From the NCBI GenBank assembly GCA_965644295.1, contig CBFFRP010000218.1, positions 248,001 through 312,000 on the forward strand: 64,000 bases of DNA, written 5' to 3'. Under the pieces are notes generated by a model. It saw nothing but the letters and a program-made list of their open reading frames with translations. It did not search any database and was not told the DNA's origin. Shown here in pieces: positions 21,746 through 34,357 of the stretch. The position numbers and the translations under genes were made by a program. Source of the DNA: Paraphysomonas bandaiensis (lineage: Eukaryota; Protista; Chrysophyceae). Position 1 is the stretch's first letter, and every line of letters starts with the position of its first letter.

Positions 21746-23020
21746 GTGATCAATGTGTCTGTGTTTCATATGTTGCGGCCCAAGCTCGGCCACGATTGTT
21801 CCCAAAGCCACTGGAAGGATCATGATTACGGGAACTGGTGCGTATGCCGCGAATACAGTATTGACTGGAGGTTTGTAAAGAGAGTTGTACAAGCGGTGAA
21901 ATATCAATCTCAATGGTCATACAAATTGCTCTGCTGTCCATGTTTGGAGAATAGAGAAGCTCTCAGAGAGATTAAGTCATTAAAGTGTGAAGCACAGAGA
22001 AATGGACTCGATTTTTCTGTCAAGTATTTAAACAGAAGTATAGCACTTGTGGCAATGGATTCTAAATCTCCTCTCAGGACTGACCCGCCAGTCAAGTTGA
22101 AAGATGCGTACTCATCATCAGGGTGGATATTTTCTGGCATGCCAGCTGCAGAACATGCTGAAATATTAATGAACTTGAACCAGGCACTACAACCACATTG
22201 CGGCTGTTGTTTGGTGTGTTTGAAACATATTGTATTTTCTCCTCCGGACTGTGGAACCTTTCTCGCGATTATGCTTCCCTGGCATTGTTGGTTAGTAAGG
22301 ACTCTGTCTGGTGCTCTACTGAAGCTTCTGGCAATGGCAACAGCACCTTGTTGGAGTTGTTGCTCTGCGCATACAGTTGCAAAGATGAAACCAGTTGCAG
22401 AGGACAAAGGTGTAATAATCAATAAAACATCTTTATGTGGTGCTGTGTACGCTCTTAGCGCTGAATACAGTGGTTACCCTTTTCAACAGGATGAGGTACC
22501 CATAAAAGATGGAATGCATCAACCAGTTGTTCTCCCTGAGTCGACCAGAAATGGTCCTTCTATGCCTTCTGGTGGTTATGCTATGGCCCCAACTCCAAAT
22601 AATATGCCTCCTGGTGATTACGTCATGGTCCCAACTCCCAATAATATGCCTCCTGGTGATTACGCCATGGTCCCAACTCCAAATAATATGCCTCCTGGTG
22701 GTTACGTCATGGTCCCAACTCCCAATAACATGCCTCCTGGTGGTTACGCTGTTGCCTCAACTCCCAATAATATGCCTCCTGGTGGTTACGCCATGGTCCC
22801 AACTCCCAATAACATGCCTCCTGGTGGTTACGCCATGGTCCCAACTCCCAATAACATGCCTCCTGGTGGTTACGCCATGGTCCCAACTCCCAATAACATG
22901 CCTCCTGGTGGTTACGCCATGGTCCCAACTCCCAATAACATGCCTCCTGCTGGTAGTGCTACCAATAGTGCATCTCCTGGAGCTTGTATGGTTCCTACTA
23001 CAAATTCTATGGTACGATAA
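21746..23020 (+). CDS. Cys-rich protein with a hydrophobic central segment and a 14-aa Pro/Met repeat tail
   Basis: 424-aa intronless ORF (first ATG at ~21770); CCPC, CGCC and CWSCC clusters; (GGYAMVPTPNNMPP)n. Confidence 0.7.
   Translation: MINVSVFHMLRPKLGHDCSQSHWKDHDYGNWCVCREYSIDWRFVKRVVQAVKYQSQWSYKLLCCPCLENREALREIKSLKCEAQRNGLDFSVKYLNRSIALVAMDSKSPLRTDPPVKLKDAYSSSGWIFSGMPAAEHAEILMNLNQALQPHCGCCLVCLKHIVFSPPDCGTFLAIMLPWHCWLVRTLSGALLKLLAMATAPCWSCCSAHTVAKMKPVAEDKGVIINKTSLCGAVYALSAEYSGYPFQQDEVPIKDGMHQPVVLPESTRNGPSMPSGGYAMAPTPNNMPPGDYVMVPTPNNMPPGDYAMVPTPNNMPPGGYVMVPTPNNMPPGGYAVASTPNNMPPGGYAMVPTPNNMPPGGYAMVPTPNNMPPGGYAMVPTPNNMPPGGYAMVPTPNNMPPAGSATNSASPGACMVPTTNSMVR
22561..22955. repeat. 42-bp coding tandem repeat, ~9 copies
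   Basis: ATGCCTCCTGGTGGTTACGCCATGGTCCCAACTCCCAATAAC units. Confidence 0.95.
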
Positions 23021-26000
23021 TGTGAAATTGTAATACATGCTATATGTATTGTTAGCGAAGTAACTTATGAATGTCTCGGCAGCCTGTCAGGCAATAAACT
23101 AAATGACTAAGGGTGATAGTAATTCTAATTGACAAGCTAGATTTCCAAAAAGGTAACAAAAATTGTTCGAATTGGACATTTCACTGAGTTAACTTTTCTC
23201 TACACGTAAACTTTAACTTTGCTATATTGAACACAATGCACTTCCAAGTAAGAAATTATGATTATTATTCCGAATACTATTTCACTACATATTCGTGTAA
23301 CATGTGTTGAAACATCTGTTCTCAGCAACATCTGTTTATTATATGTTCATCAGTCAGTTCTATATCTTGTATAGTCACACATCAGTAACTGAATTTAATT
23401 CCTTTGTACCTATAGTCATCCGTTAAACCTATGGGTTGACTTCACCTATTGCACACTATTAACTCACTTCAATTGCACAATATATATCACATCATATTGC
23501 AGAACTCAACACTCCCACTCAATTGGATGTAGTTAACCACTCTAAAATTCGTGAAGAACATTGCTATCGGATACTACGCAACCACCGAACCTCATAGGAC
23601 ACTGGTGGACGTATGACTCCGCTGGTATACAGGGGGGATTCGAAATAAACAACTGTCTGATGAATGCTATGCTAAGTTAAGCTAGTTAGCTAGCTAGATG
23701 CTCTAGATTAATTCATATGAACACTTATATAAAATGCTATCTTGAAATACATGGGCGTTGCTTATTCTAATTTACTTGTACAGTTACACACAAATTACCA
23801 AAAAAAATCATGATTTTTACCAAATATATATCGAATAGTGAAACAGACACAATTTTGAAAATAGCATATCTGCACGAAATAAACGAATTAGAACGTCATA
23901 TACAGCGCAAAGGAAACACAATGACATAGCAGTGACTATTCTACAGTAATATTTATATTTTTCGATACATATGCCACGTAATTAGGTGTATAAGTACAAC
24001 TAAACAAACATCATATATGTGTATTCCCGATATAAAAATATTTCAAGAAAATTGAATGAAAATGATAAAAATGATATTGCACCTATGTAAAGAGTTAAAA
24101 AGCTATCTTGATCCAACTTCCCGTTGCTTATTTGAATTTTCTCCGATTTCTACATAACACCAAAAATTAGGTCAAATATATGATATATGCACAGGCGGAT
24201 AAATATATACAAGCATCACACAGACCTTTATAGTGCCCCCTTGCGATTTCTTCTTCTGGTACTAATCCTAGTACCACTACTGGACTCTATTTCATCTTCT
24301 GGTAGCAATTCGTCATAAGTCGATGTAACCGCCAAACCTGTTGAAATTTGAGAAAGTCGATTTAAGTTGAGTTTATGATACGTATTGCAATAATTAGTGT
24401 AGTAGATGTGAAGAGAACATGTTTGAAATGACAAGTAATAAAAAATATATCAAGTTCAGACCAAAAAATGTTGAATGAAACGGTTACATTATACATAATA
24501 TATGTGTACTACATAGTGCTATATACAATACAAAGGTTTTTGATTAATTATAAGTACTTACAATCGACAATCAACCGAGCTTCTGCAGAATATACTGCAC
24601 CAGTGCCTGTCAACTCCTGCTTGTATAGAAATAAATGAGGAATAACAATACGTATTATTATGTATATATTATACCACCTTCATAGCGCAACAGGTACTGC
24701 AGGATTGCTCGAATATCGCCGTCGTTATCGACCTCTGAACCTGTACATCTCTCTGCCGTTGTATGAGTGAACTGTACAACCTAGCTGATATTAGGGTCCT
24801 TCACCAAAGCACCAATCACACTCCTGCGGTACAACTTCATTAGCACTTGTACCGTCGTTGCCACAGAGCAATATACCTTTATCACCGCTACCATTTTATA
24901 TAGGTAAAACTTCAGTGTCATATCAAAAAATAGAGGTGAATGGTGCGACGTCTTTGCTGCGGGAGCAGCAGCCCACTCTGATACAGCTCAACGAATTGAC
25001 AGACTGACAGAACTGAGCCTTTATACTTACTACAATGTGTCGGGATCTCACACCTCCCACTCTTTGGCTATGGTGCCTATGAGTGTCAATAACTTCACTG
25101 TTGAGGCAAAAGCGGACAATACAAGACCAATATATTGACTCCGGGACCAACTGGTTAGTTTGCTGTCACTCATTGACAAGTACTGTGGTCTCTGTTGTCA
25201 CAGCCCCAGAGCGAAGGTATGAGATACGCAGTTCCTACCACTTCCATTAATCCTGGAGGTAACTTGTTCTCCCTCGCCTTGAGAGCTTATTCTGCATATC
25301 AACTTCCATCCACCCCTCCACAGTTCTTTCGTACGCGGTTGCCACAATGGCTCTTGAAATAGGAGTGATATTACGTCTGTATTCAACGTATATTACAAGG
25401 CATAGTCAATATCTACAAGGCAGATACGAATAAGTAGAATAACCTGCAGTAGAAGCGACAGTACATCCTAGACAAATGGACCCAGCTGCATTACACCTCA
25501 TAATGCAAGGACAAAGCGAAAGGAATGTATTGGAAGAATGTCCACACTATCCAGAGTACTCAACAATCTTATAGCTATACGACTTGGTTGGCGCAATCGA
25601 AACAGATGATGATGTCCTGATGCATACTGGACAAGCGCATGCATTAAAGATAATTTGAATCCTGGGGAAAAGACTATTGTGACAATGTCTGTTCAGACAA
25701 ATCTGCTGTGGTGACATGAGTGTGACGGCCATGAACTATATCTGTTACCTTTGACCACCGAAGGTTGCTCTTTCATGTAAAATTTTTACTGCTATAGAGG
25801 AATAAGTGAGCACAACAGGAAAACATCATCTCCACATGTGGAAGTGACATTGGTAGACTCGGTTTTGTTGACGTCAGGTGTGTACAATACCTGTATATGA
25901 TATTTGATACTCACGTCTGTTGCCAGATAGCTCAAGGAGAAATACAGTTCAGTAGATTTAATTCTTCTGATATTTTACAAGCTAAGTATGTTCGAAACTG

Positions 26001-26519
26001 AAGCTAGGGAATAATATACTATATATATATATACTGAAGGTAGCTCACTATATATTGCCGTATATTGCCATCAATATAGCCCAGGTAATGACTTCATCAT
26101 GACATTGATATGCATGCAAGACATCTACATATATATATGATAATAGTAATCAAGCACTCGCTATAGAAATGTCTGGTAACTGGATATAATGAAATGGCAG
26201 TGCATCCATCTCCCACACTGTAAAATTATAACGATCACGCATGCGTTTAATTTAACTTGAGTTATACTTTACGTATTTCCTTATTAGGATTCAGCTTAAT
26301 ACATGATTGTATTAAGGTTTACGTGTTGAGCAAAGTTAATTTGAGTGTAATGTCAACATTCCCAACATCTACAAACCAATTTCCCTGAAGCACTACCTAC
26401 AAGATTACGCATATAACGTTTGGCTAAATAAAACCACGTTCTAAAAACATGGGTACAGAGAGACAAACATAGCAGCTGGTTTGAGACGAGTTGCAGCATA
26501 GCATCATCAAGACGCCCAT

Positions 26520-26880
26520 CGTACCGGTTTTTGGTAGATTAGGGATCGACTGCTCTATTCACCGAGTGACCTGCACACGTCTCCACCTCAAAAAGAAATA
26601 GGCCTACATCCACGACATCAAAAGTAGATTCCGAGATCACTCGTTACATATAGCCATGGATGTCATCGCAGTGCAAGACACACGACTCCCTAAACTACTT
26701 CTCACCCATGCGCGCTCGCTACCTCGACTTCAATCACGACGTCATTTTGCCTCCTGCGCACAGATATTTAACCCATCAACAAGCACATACTCCACTACAG
26801 ATGAAGATAGTTATCCAGTGGACATGTGCTGGCCACAGATCCTGAAACTATTGTTACGGTCAAGATCCATAGCATAAATA
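26520..26880 (+). pseudogene. LINE AP-endonuclease-like fragment
   Basis: IAMDVIAVQDTR resembles the APE DII.LQET motif; frame degenerate. Confidence 0.45.
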
Positions 26881-27128
26881 GCATTGCATCTATTGACTAC
26901 ACCAGCATGCTAATAGCATTTGCATCAATTCCATTTATGAGAAGTTTAATACCCATTTCTGTATATATATAGATATATGTGTGCATATATATGCCGTTAG
27001 CATCTTAGCCTCTCATGTATTTGGACGCAAAGTACAGCAATACTACTGCAAAACATCATTATAGTATACAGTACTGTATTCTCCTCCATTACACACTTTG
27101 GACCATTTTACATAGTTTCGACCCTTTA

Positions 27129-27553
27129 GGCCGTTCCTTACGGTTGGTCAAAAAAAAAGATAACATACACATGATGAAAGCACCCATTTCTATAGGAGAA
27201 ACTGTCAAAAACCTGTGTTTTGTAAAGAAAAGGGGGTTTCATGCCATATATATTGAAAAGTTATATGTAGATATATTGGATGCATTATGCTGGTTCCAGG
27301 ACACCGTTTGAATCACAACAAGCGCTCAGCCTACTCGACATAGACTTGGTAAAACTCGTGATAACAATAATATGACTCGAGGTTCCTAATATAGGCCGCA
27401 ATATTATTTCTTACCATACCATGTATGTTGGAAAGAAATGAAATCATTTCTTACCATGATCCAAAATAAATTTTTTTTTGACCACCGTAAGGAACGGGAA
27501 GAGCAAGAAAAAAAAATTCATTTTTTATTTTTTACCCACCGTAAGGAACGGCC
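27129..27553. mobile_element. PIF/Harbinger (Tourist-like) MITE, 425 bp
   Basis: TIR GGCCGTTCCTTACGGT; 3-bp TSD TTA (27126-27128, 27554-27556); extra internal TIR-like copy near 27472-27497. Confidence 0.85.
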
Positions 27554-27626
27554 TTAGAAAAAAGTTTAAAAAAAAGTATTTTTGAAAATAAAACTGAAAT
27601 CTGTTGTTTATTTCGAATCCCCCCTG

Positions 27627-30083
27627 TATACACGGGTCAGATATTAGTCTGGTGAAACCCATATCTAGCATAAAATTTGTACAGCACTTATACCAGTTAA
27701 GACCTGCTTGCTTTAGACCAAACATGCTTTTCATCAGTTTGAGGACTTTTACGTCAGGGACGTCTATCATGCCAGGAGGGGAATGCATGTATATGTCCTC
27801 TTTGAGGTCAGCATTGATGTACGCAGTTGTGAAATCGATTTGGTGCAATTTGAGTCTCATAATGGTCGAAAGGGCAATAATTGTACGTAGTGATGTAGTA
27901 GCCTTCGCGACGGGGCTGTATGTATCATTATAATCGATGCCTTGGATTTGAGTAAAAACCTGTGCGACCAGTCGAGCCTTGAATTTGATATCATTCTGTT
28001 TTCTTTTTATTTTGAATTTATGACTCTTGCTCCAGGTGGTAACGCAGTGTATCTCCAGCATCCTTTCCTCTGAAGAGTGGATATTTCTCTGTTGATAGCA
28101 TCGATCTACTGCTGTTTATATTTACCTGAAATAGCATCTTGAACACTCTTTGGTGTATCGGTTAGGTCGTCAATGTCATCGCAATTACTGATAGCATGCA
28201 TAACAATATCAATATTGTTTGTATGTAATTTTGATATACATTGTGTATCATGTGTCATATGATTTACTACATCATGTTTAGCATTTACATCACATGTATA
28301 TACACCATCACCTAGTTTGTCTACATTTACTATTACTCGTTTCCTGGCCATTCTCTTGCTTCGGAGAACACTCTTTTTACCAGCTGAAATTTTGTGCTTT
28401 GCTGTAGCATGGACCTTACTTGGCCCTTCAGGTGTACCCTGATTTCCCCTATTTCCCGATGAATCAGCAGGCTTGTAACAGCGTTTGGCCACACACTGAC
28501 ACACACGATTCACTTGACTGTGTGGTGCCGGATTCGGCACTAGATTCCCATTGAATTGTTTCGAAGGGCGAGTGGGTAGGTTCATCCCGATGGCTGCTGA
28601 TTTTCTCCTGCGCGGCATCATGATGTCTTAGGTTCACGTCACTCCCCCTGGAAGTAGCGGCTGGCGCTGGAGATTCATTAACTGTATCGGGGTCTCGATG
28701 TGAAAAGTATTATTTATAATAGTTTTTACTAATTTCTTCCATATATTACTTCAGTTTTACAGCAATAAAAGTCACCGACTACACATATATATTACATACA
28801 GTTCACAAGTATGAACTATAACCATCATCTCACTATACACCACTATACCATCTCAAAATACACCCACATACCACCTCACTATACACCCATACCATATTAC
28901 TATGCATCACTATACCATCCCACTATATTATATACCACTATACCATCTACTGTATACCACTATACCAACTAACTATACATCACTACACTATCTCACTATA
29001 CACCACTTTACCATCTCACACCCATATACCATCTCACTATACACCCATACCATATTACTATGCATCACTATACCATCCCACTATAATATCGGGGTCTCGA
29101 TCTGATTTGCTGGATTTATGTATTGGGGTTTTCGATCGAGAATTACTACGTTTGAGACCAACTGCTTTGAGTTCTATGTATTCTTCAGTGTACTTTTTGA
29201 CGTCTGCAGCATGAATGGGGTCGTCGAGCTGGATGAGGCGTGTAGTGTCACCGCTGTTGTCCACTAGACCACGATACGCTGCGATTAGTCCTTTTCTGAG
29301 CTTTATTTGAGTCGTTACATATGTTAATCCATCGTCTGGATCTACATGTGCTAGACCTATGAGATATTTGAAACTTTCTACTGTCCTGGAGGTCTCATTC
29401 TCTTTGAAGATATCATTTATCTCCTTAAAATATCTCTTATCCGCTGGTGGAACACATTCGTTGAAAAACACATGTCCTGATATAACAAAGTCTCTTAATG
29501 CGGGAACAAAGACTATATATATATCCAGGACCATCCTCTCGATAGCCCATAAAATACCCAGGCCAACTATGTCTGTCCCAGTTGTTCTTTCGGAGACTGG
29601 AATCGATATTCACAAAGCATTTACATCCCCATATTCTGGCATAACTCAAGCCTGGTATTTCGTTTCGATAAACTGAAGTGGAGACATAAATCCTTTAGCT
29701 GTTTGACACACGGTAACCTGCTGGAGAAGTTCTTCGCATCGAATTTCGGCATTGAGTCCTTTCGCTTGTCGGTTGTCAAATCCGAGTCGGTTAAGTCGTA
29801 ACTTGTAACTTTAACTGACATCTCGCTACTAAATAAAGAATTGATCTTTATAATAGTAAAACAATGTTGTGATTATCAGAGTGTAAGTAATGAACACGAT
29901 AGAGTGAAAATTATGAATAACAATATAGAACGTAGCTATCATGCACAACGGAATAGTTAGAAGTGTAACTGATAATGACGATCACGTATCTTCGACAGAT
30001 ACTCTCTGTAATTCAGTTCATGGTATATTTCATTGAACATTATAACTCACAGATACAATCATGTATTAAGCTGAATCCTAATA
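27627..30083 (-). mobile_element. Decayed sister copia element (5' LTR ~29831-30083, internal deletion, 3' part missing)
   Basis: Gag start MSVKVTSYD..DKRKDSMPKFDAKNFS joined to integrase RLPC; SYARIWGCKC, PGYFMGYREDGPGY, FKARLVAQ, FGLKQAG, SDPCI. LTR ends TATTAGG...TTATTT as in the intact copy. Confidence 0.93.
28700..29086 (+). mobile_element. Head-plus-minisatellite insertion with 15-bp TSD
   Basis: TSD TATCGGGGTCTCGAT (28685-28699, 29087-29101); inverted homologue of the ~3200-3568 region. Confidence 0.88.
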
Positions 30084-30775
30084 AGAATCAAACGATACAC
30101 AGAACACAGCCCTGGTATTAACAACGATACTGTCAAAGTATTGAACTACAACCAACTCCTACGTGCGTACTTGAAGTTTGGTAAAGCCAATCGCTAGTAG
30201 TTATCCTGTATTCTATGTAGCAATGAAATACAGAATATACATGACTACAGTATAGGAGTAGCTATTACAAGTATACAAAGAAACTGAAAATATAGTAGCT
30301 GTTAAAGATATGATTTGTAGAACAGAATGTTGATGTTGGTGAATGACGTGGTTCCTAACTCACAGTGCTACAACATCATAAACTTACTATATCTCCTATA
30401 ATATCAATCAGTCAATACTGCACTAACTAAAAGCTTAAATTAATACAAAGTTTTCTGATATATTGATCTCACTTTTCAGTTGCTCTTGAAGTAGATTCCA
30501 AATACAGACAGATTCATAATTTAAAAAAAGATTACCGCCTACTATCATGATTCTGGGCACTTAATGACATATAAAAAAGTAGTAGCTATGTATGTGAACA
30601 TTTTCTTCATTATAATAAGTGAATATTGCACGCATTAGCAAAATGATAATCGTCAACATGTCGGCTACAGCAATTATTACCTCATACTGCAAATGCATAC
30701 TTTGCTATTCCAGCTACAGCTACTGACAGCGGCATTTCAACAGAAAGACCCACCAACACCGTAATCGGTGTATAA

Positions 30776-31975
30776 TTATCCTTCTTCAAAGTAGCTGGGA
30801 AATATCTGTCGGAAGGGAATCAGTACATAAAACAAAAAAAATAACTGTTACCGTTGACTCCATAAAATTTATGAATCTCTCACCATACTCCGGTGGGGGC
30901 ATATTCGATATGTCTTCTTTGCTTGCACCCATCGCAATGCGGAATGCTCTAAGAGCAACTTAAATGGTCGAAATAGTGCTGTAAATTATCATACCTGGCA
31001 ATTTTAGCCTTTGTTTTAAAAGGAGTCAAGACATCGATCAGCCCGAAGTAGTACTCCCTGTGTACGACGTTACCAAGTAAAACGAACGGTATGGGGCACT
31101 CACCACTCCGGGTGCTCGTCACAGAATCGTGGCTTTGGAACCAGATCGGCCCGGATAGCCTTCGCCCCGTCAGCGATATCGTGACGGATCGGAAGGGTCT
31201 TTTTGCGGTCGTCGGATTCGTTTTCATTCGCATCAGGTCCGTACGGCTGTCCCGGAAGTTGCAGACTGGTCTGCACGTACCTCTTGGTAATTGCAACCAT
31301 TAGGGAGTAGTTGGTCATGTTGAGGTCCTGCAGAAAGTGTACGTCATTTTTAAGCACACGAAGCACATCTTCGCGCTCCTGTTGTGTGAACGACATCTCG
31401 TGCTCCCACGTCACGTCTGCGTCCTTTAGTATACCCCCCTCCTCACTGCTCGCCCGGGTGGAGCAGCCCTTCAAATCCAGGAAAAACAAGTGTTCGTGAT
31501 TTTGTCTAGGAAACAGTGATCGACTAACTGTAAAGTATTGACACTTCGTTTTAAGCTTCACGCTGGTTTCTATTCTGAAAAATGCAATATGATGAGGCAA
31601 TAAGGTTTCATCTTGCCCCAAGATATACGATGAAACGGCTTCGAAAGTGTCGCGAAACATCGCATACTCATCAGTTGGCAACCCTTTAATAACCATGCGC
31701 TCACGAGCAGAAAATAAACACCCAGAATCAACCTCTCCCGCTAATTCGCTAACGACTAATGGCCCGTGTTCTAATTCATCGCGAATCTCCCCAAGTGATA
31801 TGTGCCACTTATCTCTTATGCGTTGAAACACATCCGGCCAATATACTCTGACTGTAAGACTAATATCTCCCTCTGCCACTATAGAAATGTGGTCATCATG
31901 TCGTTCAGCGCGTGAATTTCTGTCCAAGTCAGAAAATACCATGCCGAGTGCGATGTGTAGAATCCTCTGATCCAT
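30776..31975 (-). CDS. Phosphatidylinositol phosphate kinase (PIP5K/PIP4K)-like, 4 exons, divergent active site
   Basis: YWPDVFQRIR, MVIK, DLKG, LKD, NYSL, YFGLIDVL, PPEYGERF. Introns 31058-31103, 30949-30994 and ~30806-30851. Confidence 0.88.
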
Positions 31976-32598
31976 TGTCTGGTTAATTGATTAATTCGAG
32001 CCTCTAACTAATACAAAAATAAGAGAAATCGAATTCACTTCACGTGAATACGATTAAATTATGCCTTGATTTATTTAGGCGGCTCTGTGAATGTTATTAT
32101 TCAGGAGGGTGGAACCTCAGTGCAGTGTGTGAGCTGAAGAGGTCTAGTACACCTACACACTCATATTGTGGAGGTACGCTGTGCACTGCCAGTGTGCTGC
32201 TGTATGTGCTGCTGTATGTGCTGCTGTATGTGCTGCTGTGTGCTGTGTATTACATCTTATCCTTGTATGCTAGTGTATTTTAGGGAATACGGTTAAGTGA
32301 GTGGTAGAGGATCTACATGTCTATGTCCATATTAAATTGAGCGTATGCCGTATACCGTATACAGTGTACTGGTATTGTCAGAGTGGGGCTTACCATATGA
32401 CGAACTGTACAGGACATACCCTCCATACTCTGCTGTACACAGCCGGACAAGCCATCACAGTTTTTTTTTGAAGAGGATCCATACCTAAAAACGCTCTATG
32501 ATGGTGTGTGTATTCTTTCAGAGGGTTTCAAATTCACCACATCATCAGTACATAGTCCTGTACAGTCATTGATTGTATAGCCATACATTAAAATACAG

Positions 32599-33644
32599 AT
32601 GAAAGCAACAGATGATGATGAGGAAGATGACGAGCAGGAATTTAGGCAATACAAGGTTTCGACATGGCACTTATATTGCCATACATTAAACTAGTGTAGG
32701 TGATTCTGCTCGGGGACGGTGCTGTTGGGAAAACCTCAATCGCAAATCGATTCACAGATGATAGATTTGCACAGACGTATAAACAAACAGTTGGGGTTGA
32801 CTTTTTCATTCGACGACTACAGTTAACACGTGAGACCTCTTATAACTTATATATTTATAATTAAATCTTTCTGTTGTAGCTAAGCTTCAAGTAGCTCTCC
32901 AAATATGGTGTGGTATTATGCTGATGTTTACATTAAATTATGTTTCCTTGTTAGGGATATTGGGGGACAGTCCATAGGAAGTAAAATGATCACTAATTAC
33001 GTTGCAGGAGCGCACGTATGAATGTTATGGCGAAACAGTACAATTATAATATTATTTCTATTCCAGGCTGTTTTGTTTTGCTATGATATCACGAATGCTG
33101 AGAGCTTTGCTAATCTTGAAGACTGGTACAGAATAGCATCTAGAACTTTTGACGAGGATGCGATGCCATTCACAGTGCTTGTCGGGAATAAATGTAGGTG
33201 TTCTGCGCTGTATCATACTGCTTACATTTACTTTGAGATATGTAGGTGATTTGAAACACCTTGCAGCAGTTCGATCTGATAGTCATTCAAGATTCGCGAC
33301 GGAGAATGAAATGGCTGCATTCTTAATGTCTGCAAAGAATGGTGACCAAGTCAACAAAGCCTTTTGGAAGATTGCTTCTTGTCTCGCTGGTAAAGATACA
33401 TCTCGTGTGGAAAACTTTTAAACCGTAATTACCCCATTGAATATATTATTCTGTAGGTGTTGCAATGACAAAAGGTGATATCGACAGCCAGGCCAATGTT
33501 GTTCCAGCTCAGATTATAGACCACAAAAGGTACGTATACTGTATGCTACCGTTCTCTCTTCACGTGTCATGTAGGCACGATGAAAAGGTTAACGATGGGG
33601 CCGTCCCAGACTATTTGAAGCGGAGCGGCTGTATAGTGTCGTAA
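32599..33644 (+). CDS. RAB28: Rab28-like small GTPase, multi-exon
   Basis: Spliced translation gives GDGAVGKTS, YKQTVGVDFF, WDIGGQ, VGNKCD, SAK and C-terminal CaaX CIVS. Confidence 0.92.
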
Positions 33645-34357
33645 TTATTGCTGTGTCTAATCCTGCTTTTCAAGCATAGCATGGTTTCTCATTCTTACTT
33701 TAATAACAAGTGCATTTTGGTTAACTTTGGTGCTTAGTAGAAATTTATGTTGTGTACAATTGTAAGTAGTTGTTCTCGTAATATCCTTATCTTGCCGCAA
33801 TTCTTGGTGTGCATGTTTGCAATCGAAGTTGCTGTCATAATATAACTAAACAATAGGAAAACTCTTTGTCAGAACTTGAGTAGAAGCTCTGCTTCCAACA
33901 GAAAGCACTCTATTATCATTATTTATCGTTGTAGGTTACTTAGGAGTGTAATTTGACGGGTATTTTCTGACCCTAATCAAAATATGAATTCTTTTCAGAT
34001 CATTGTTGAGTGTGGAATAGAGACTATAGACGTACCACTTCGAGAATGTATGCCAACAACCACTGTACATAATGAACTATTTCTCAGGTTTTTAAGGTTC
34101 CGACACGGAGTAAAAATATACAATGCTTAAAGCTAGCTCAGTAGGTTGAATGAGTACCATGGTAGAACACAGAATGTGGTGGTGCAAGTACTTGTGCGTT
34201 GTCAAGACAATCGAACTCACATACTACAACCTTGATATATTCCACAAAACAAGTACACGAATTTCACTGCAAGAAATTATTTTTGAGTTAATATAATCCA
34301 AATACTTTTTATTACAAGCCCATTACATCTGGCCAAACGACACAATCGTTGCCCAAT

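Larger units (their letters stand above)
23630..27626. mobile_element. Non-autonomous TIR element with TA flanks (Tc1/mariner-type ends), ~4 kb, no transposase seen
   Basis: Perfect 24-bp TIR CAGGGGGGATTCGAAATAAACAAC (23630-23653; inverse 27603-27626), TA on both outer sides. Confidence 0.8.

Noticed and set aside
24228-25950. Intact Cys-rich gene
   Set aside because: Frames are interrupted by stops and I could not assemble a consistent spliced model; noted only as possible cargo.
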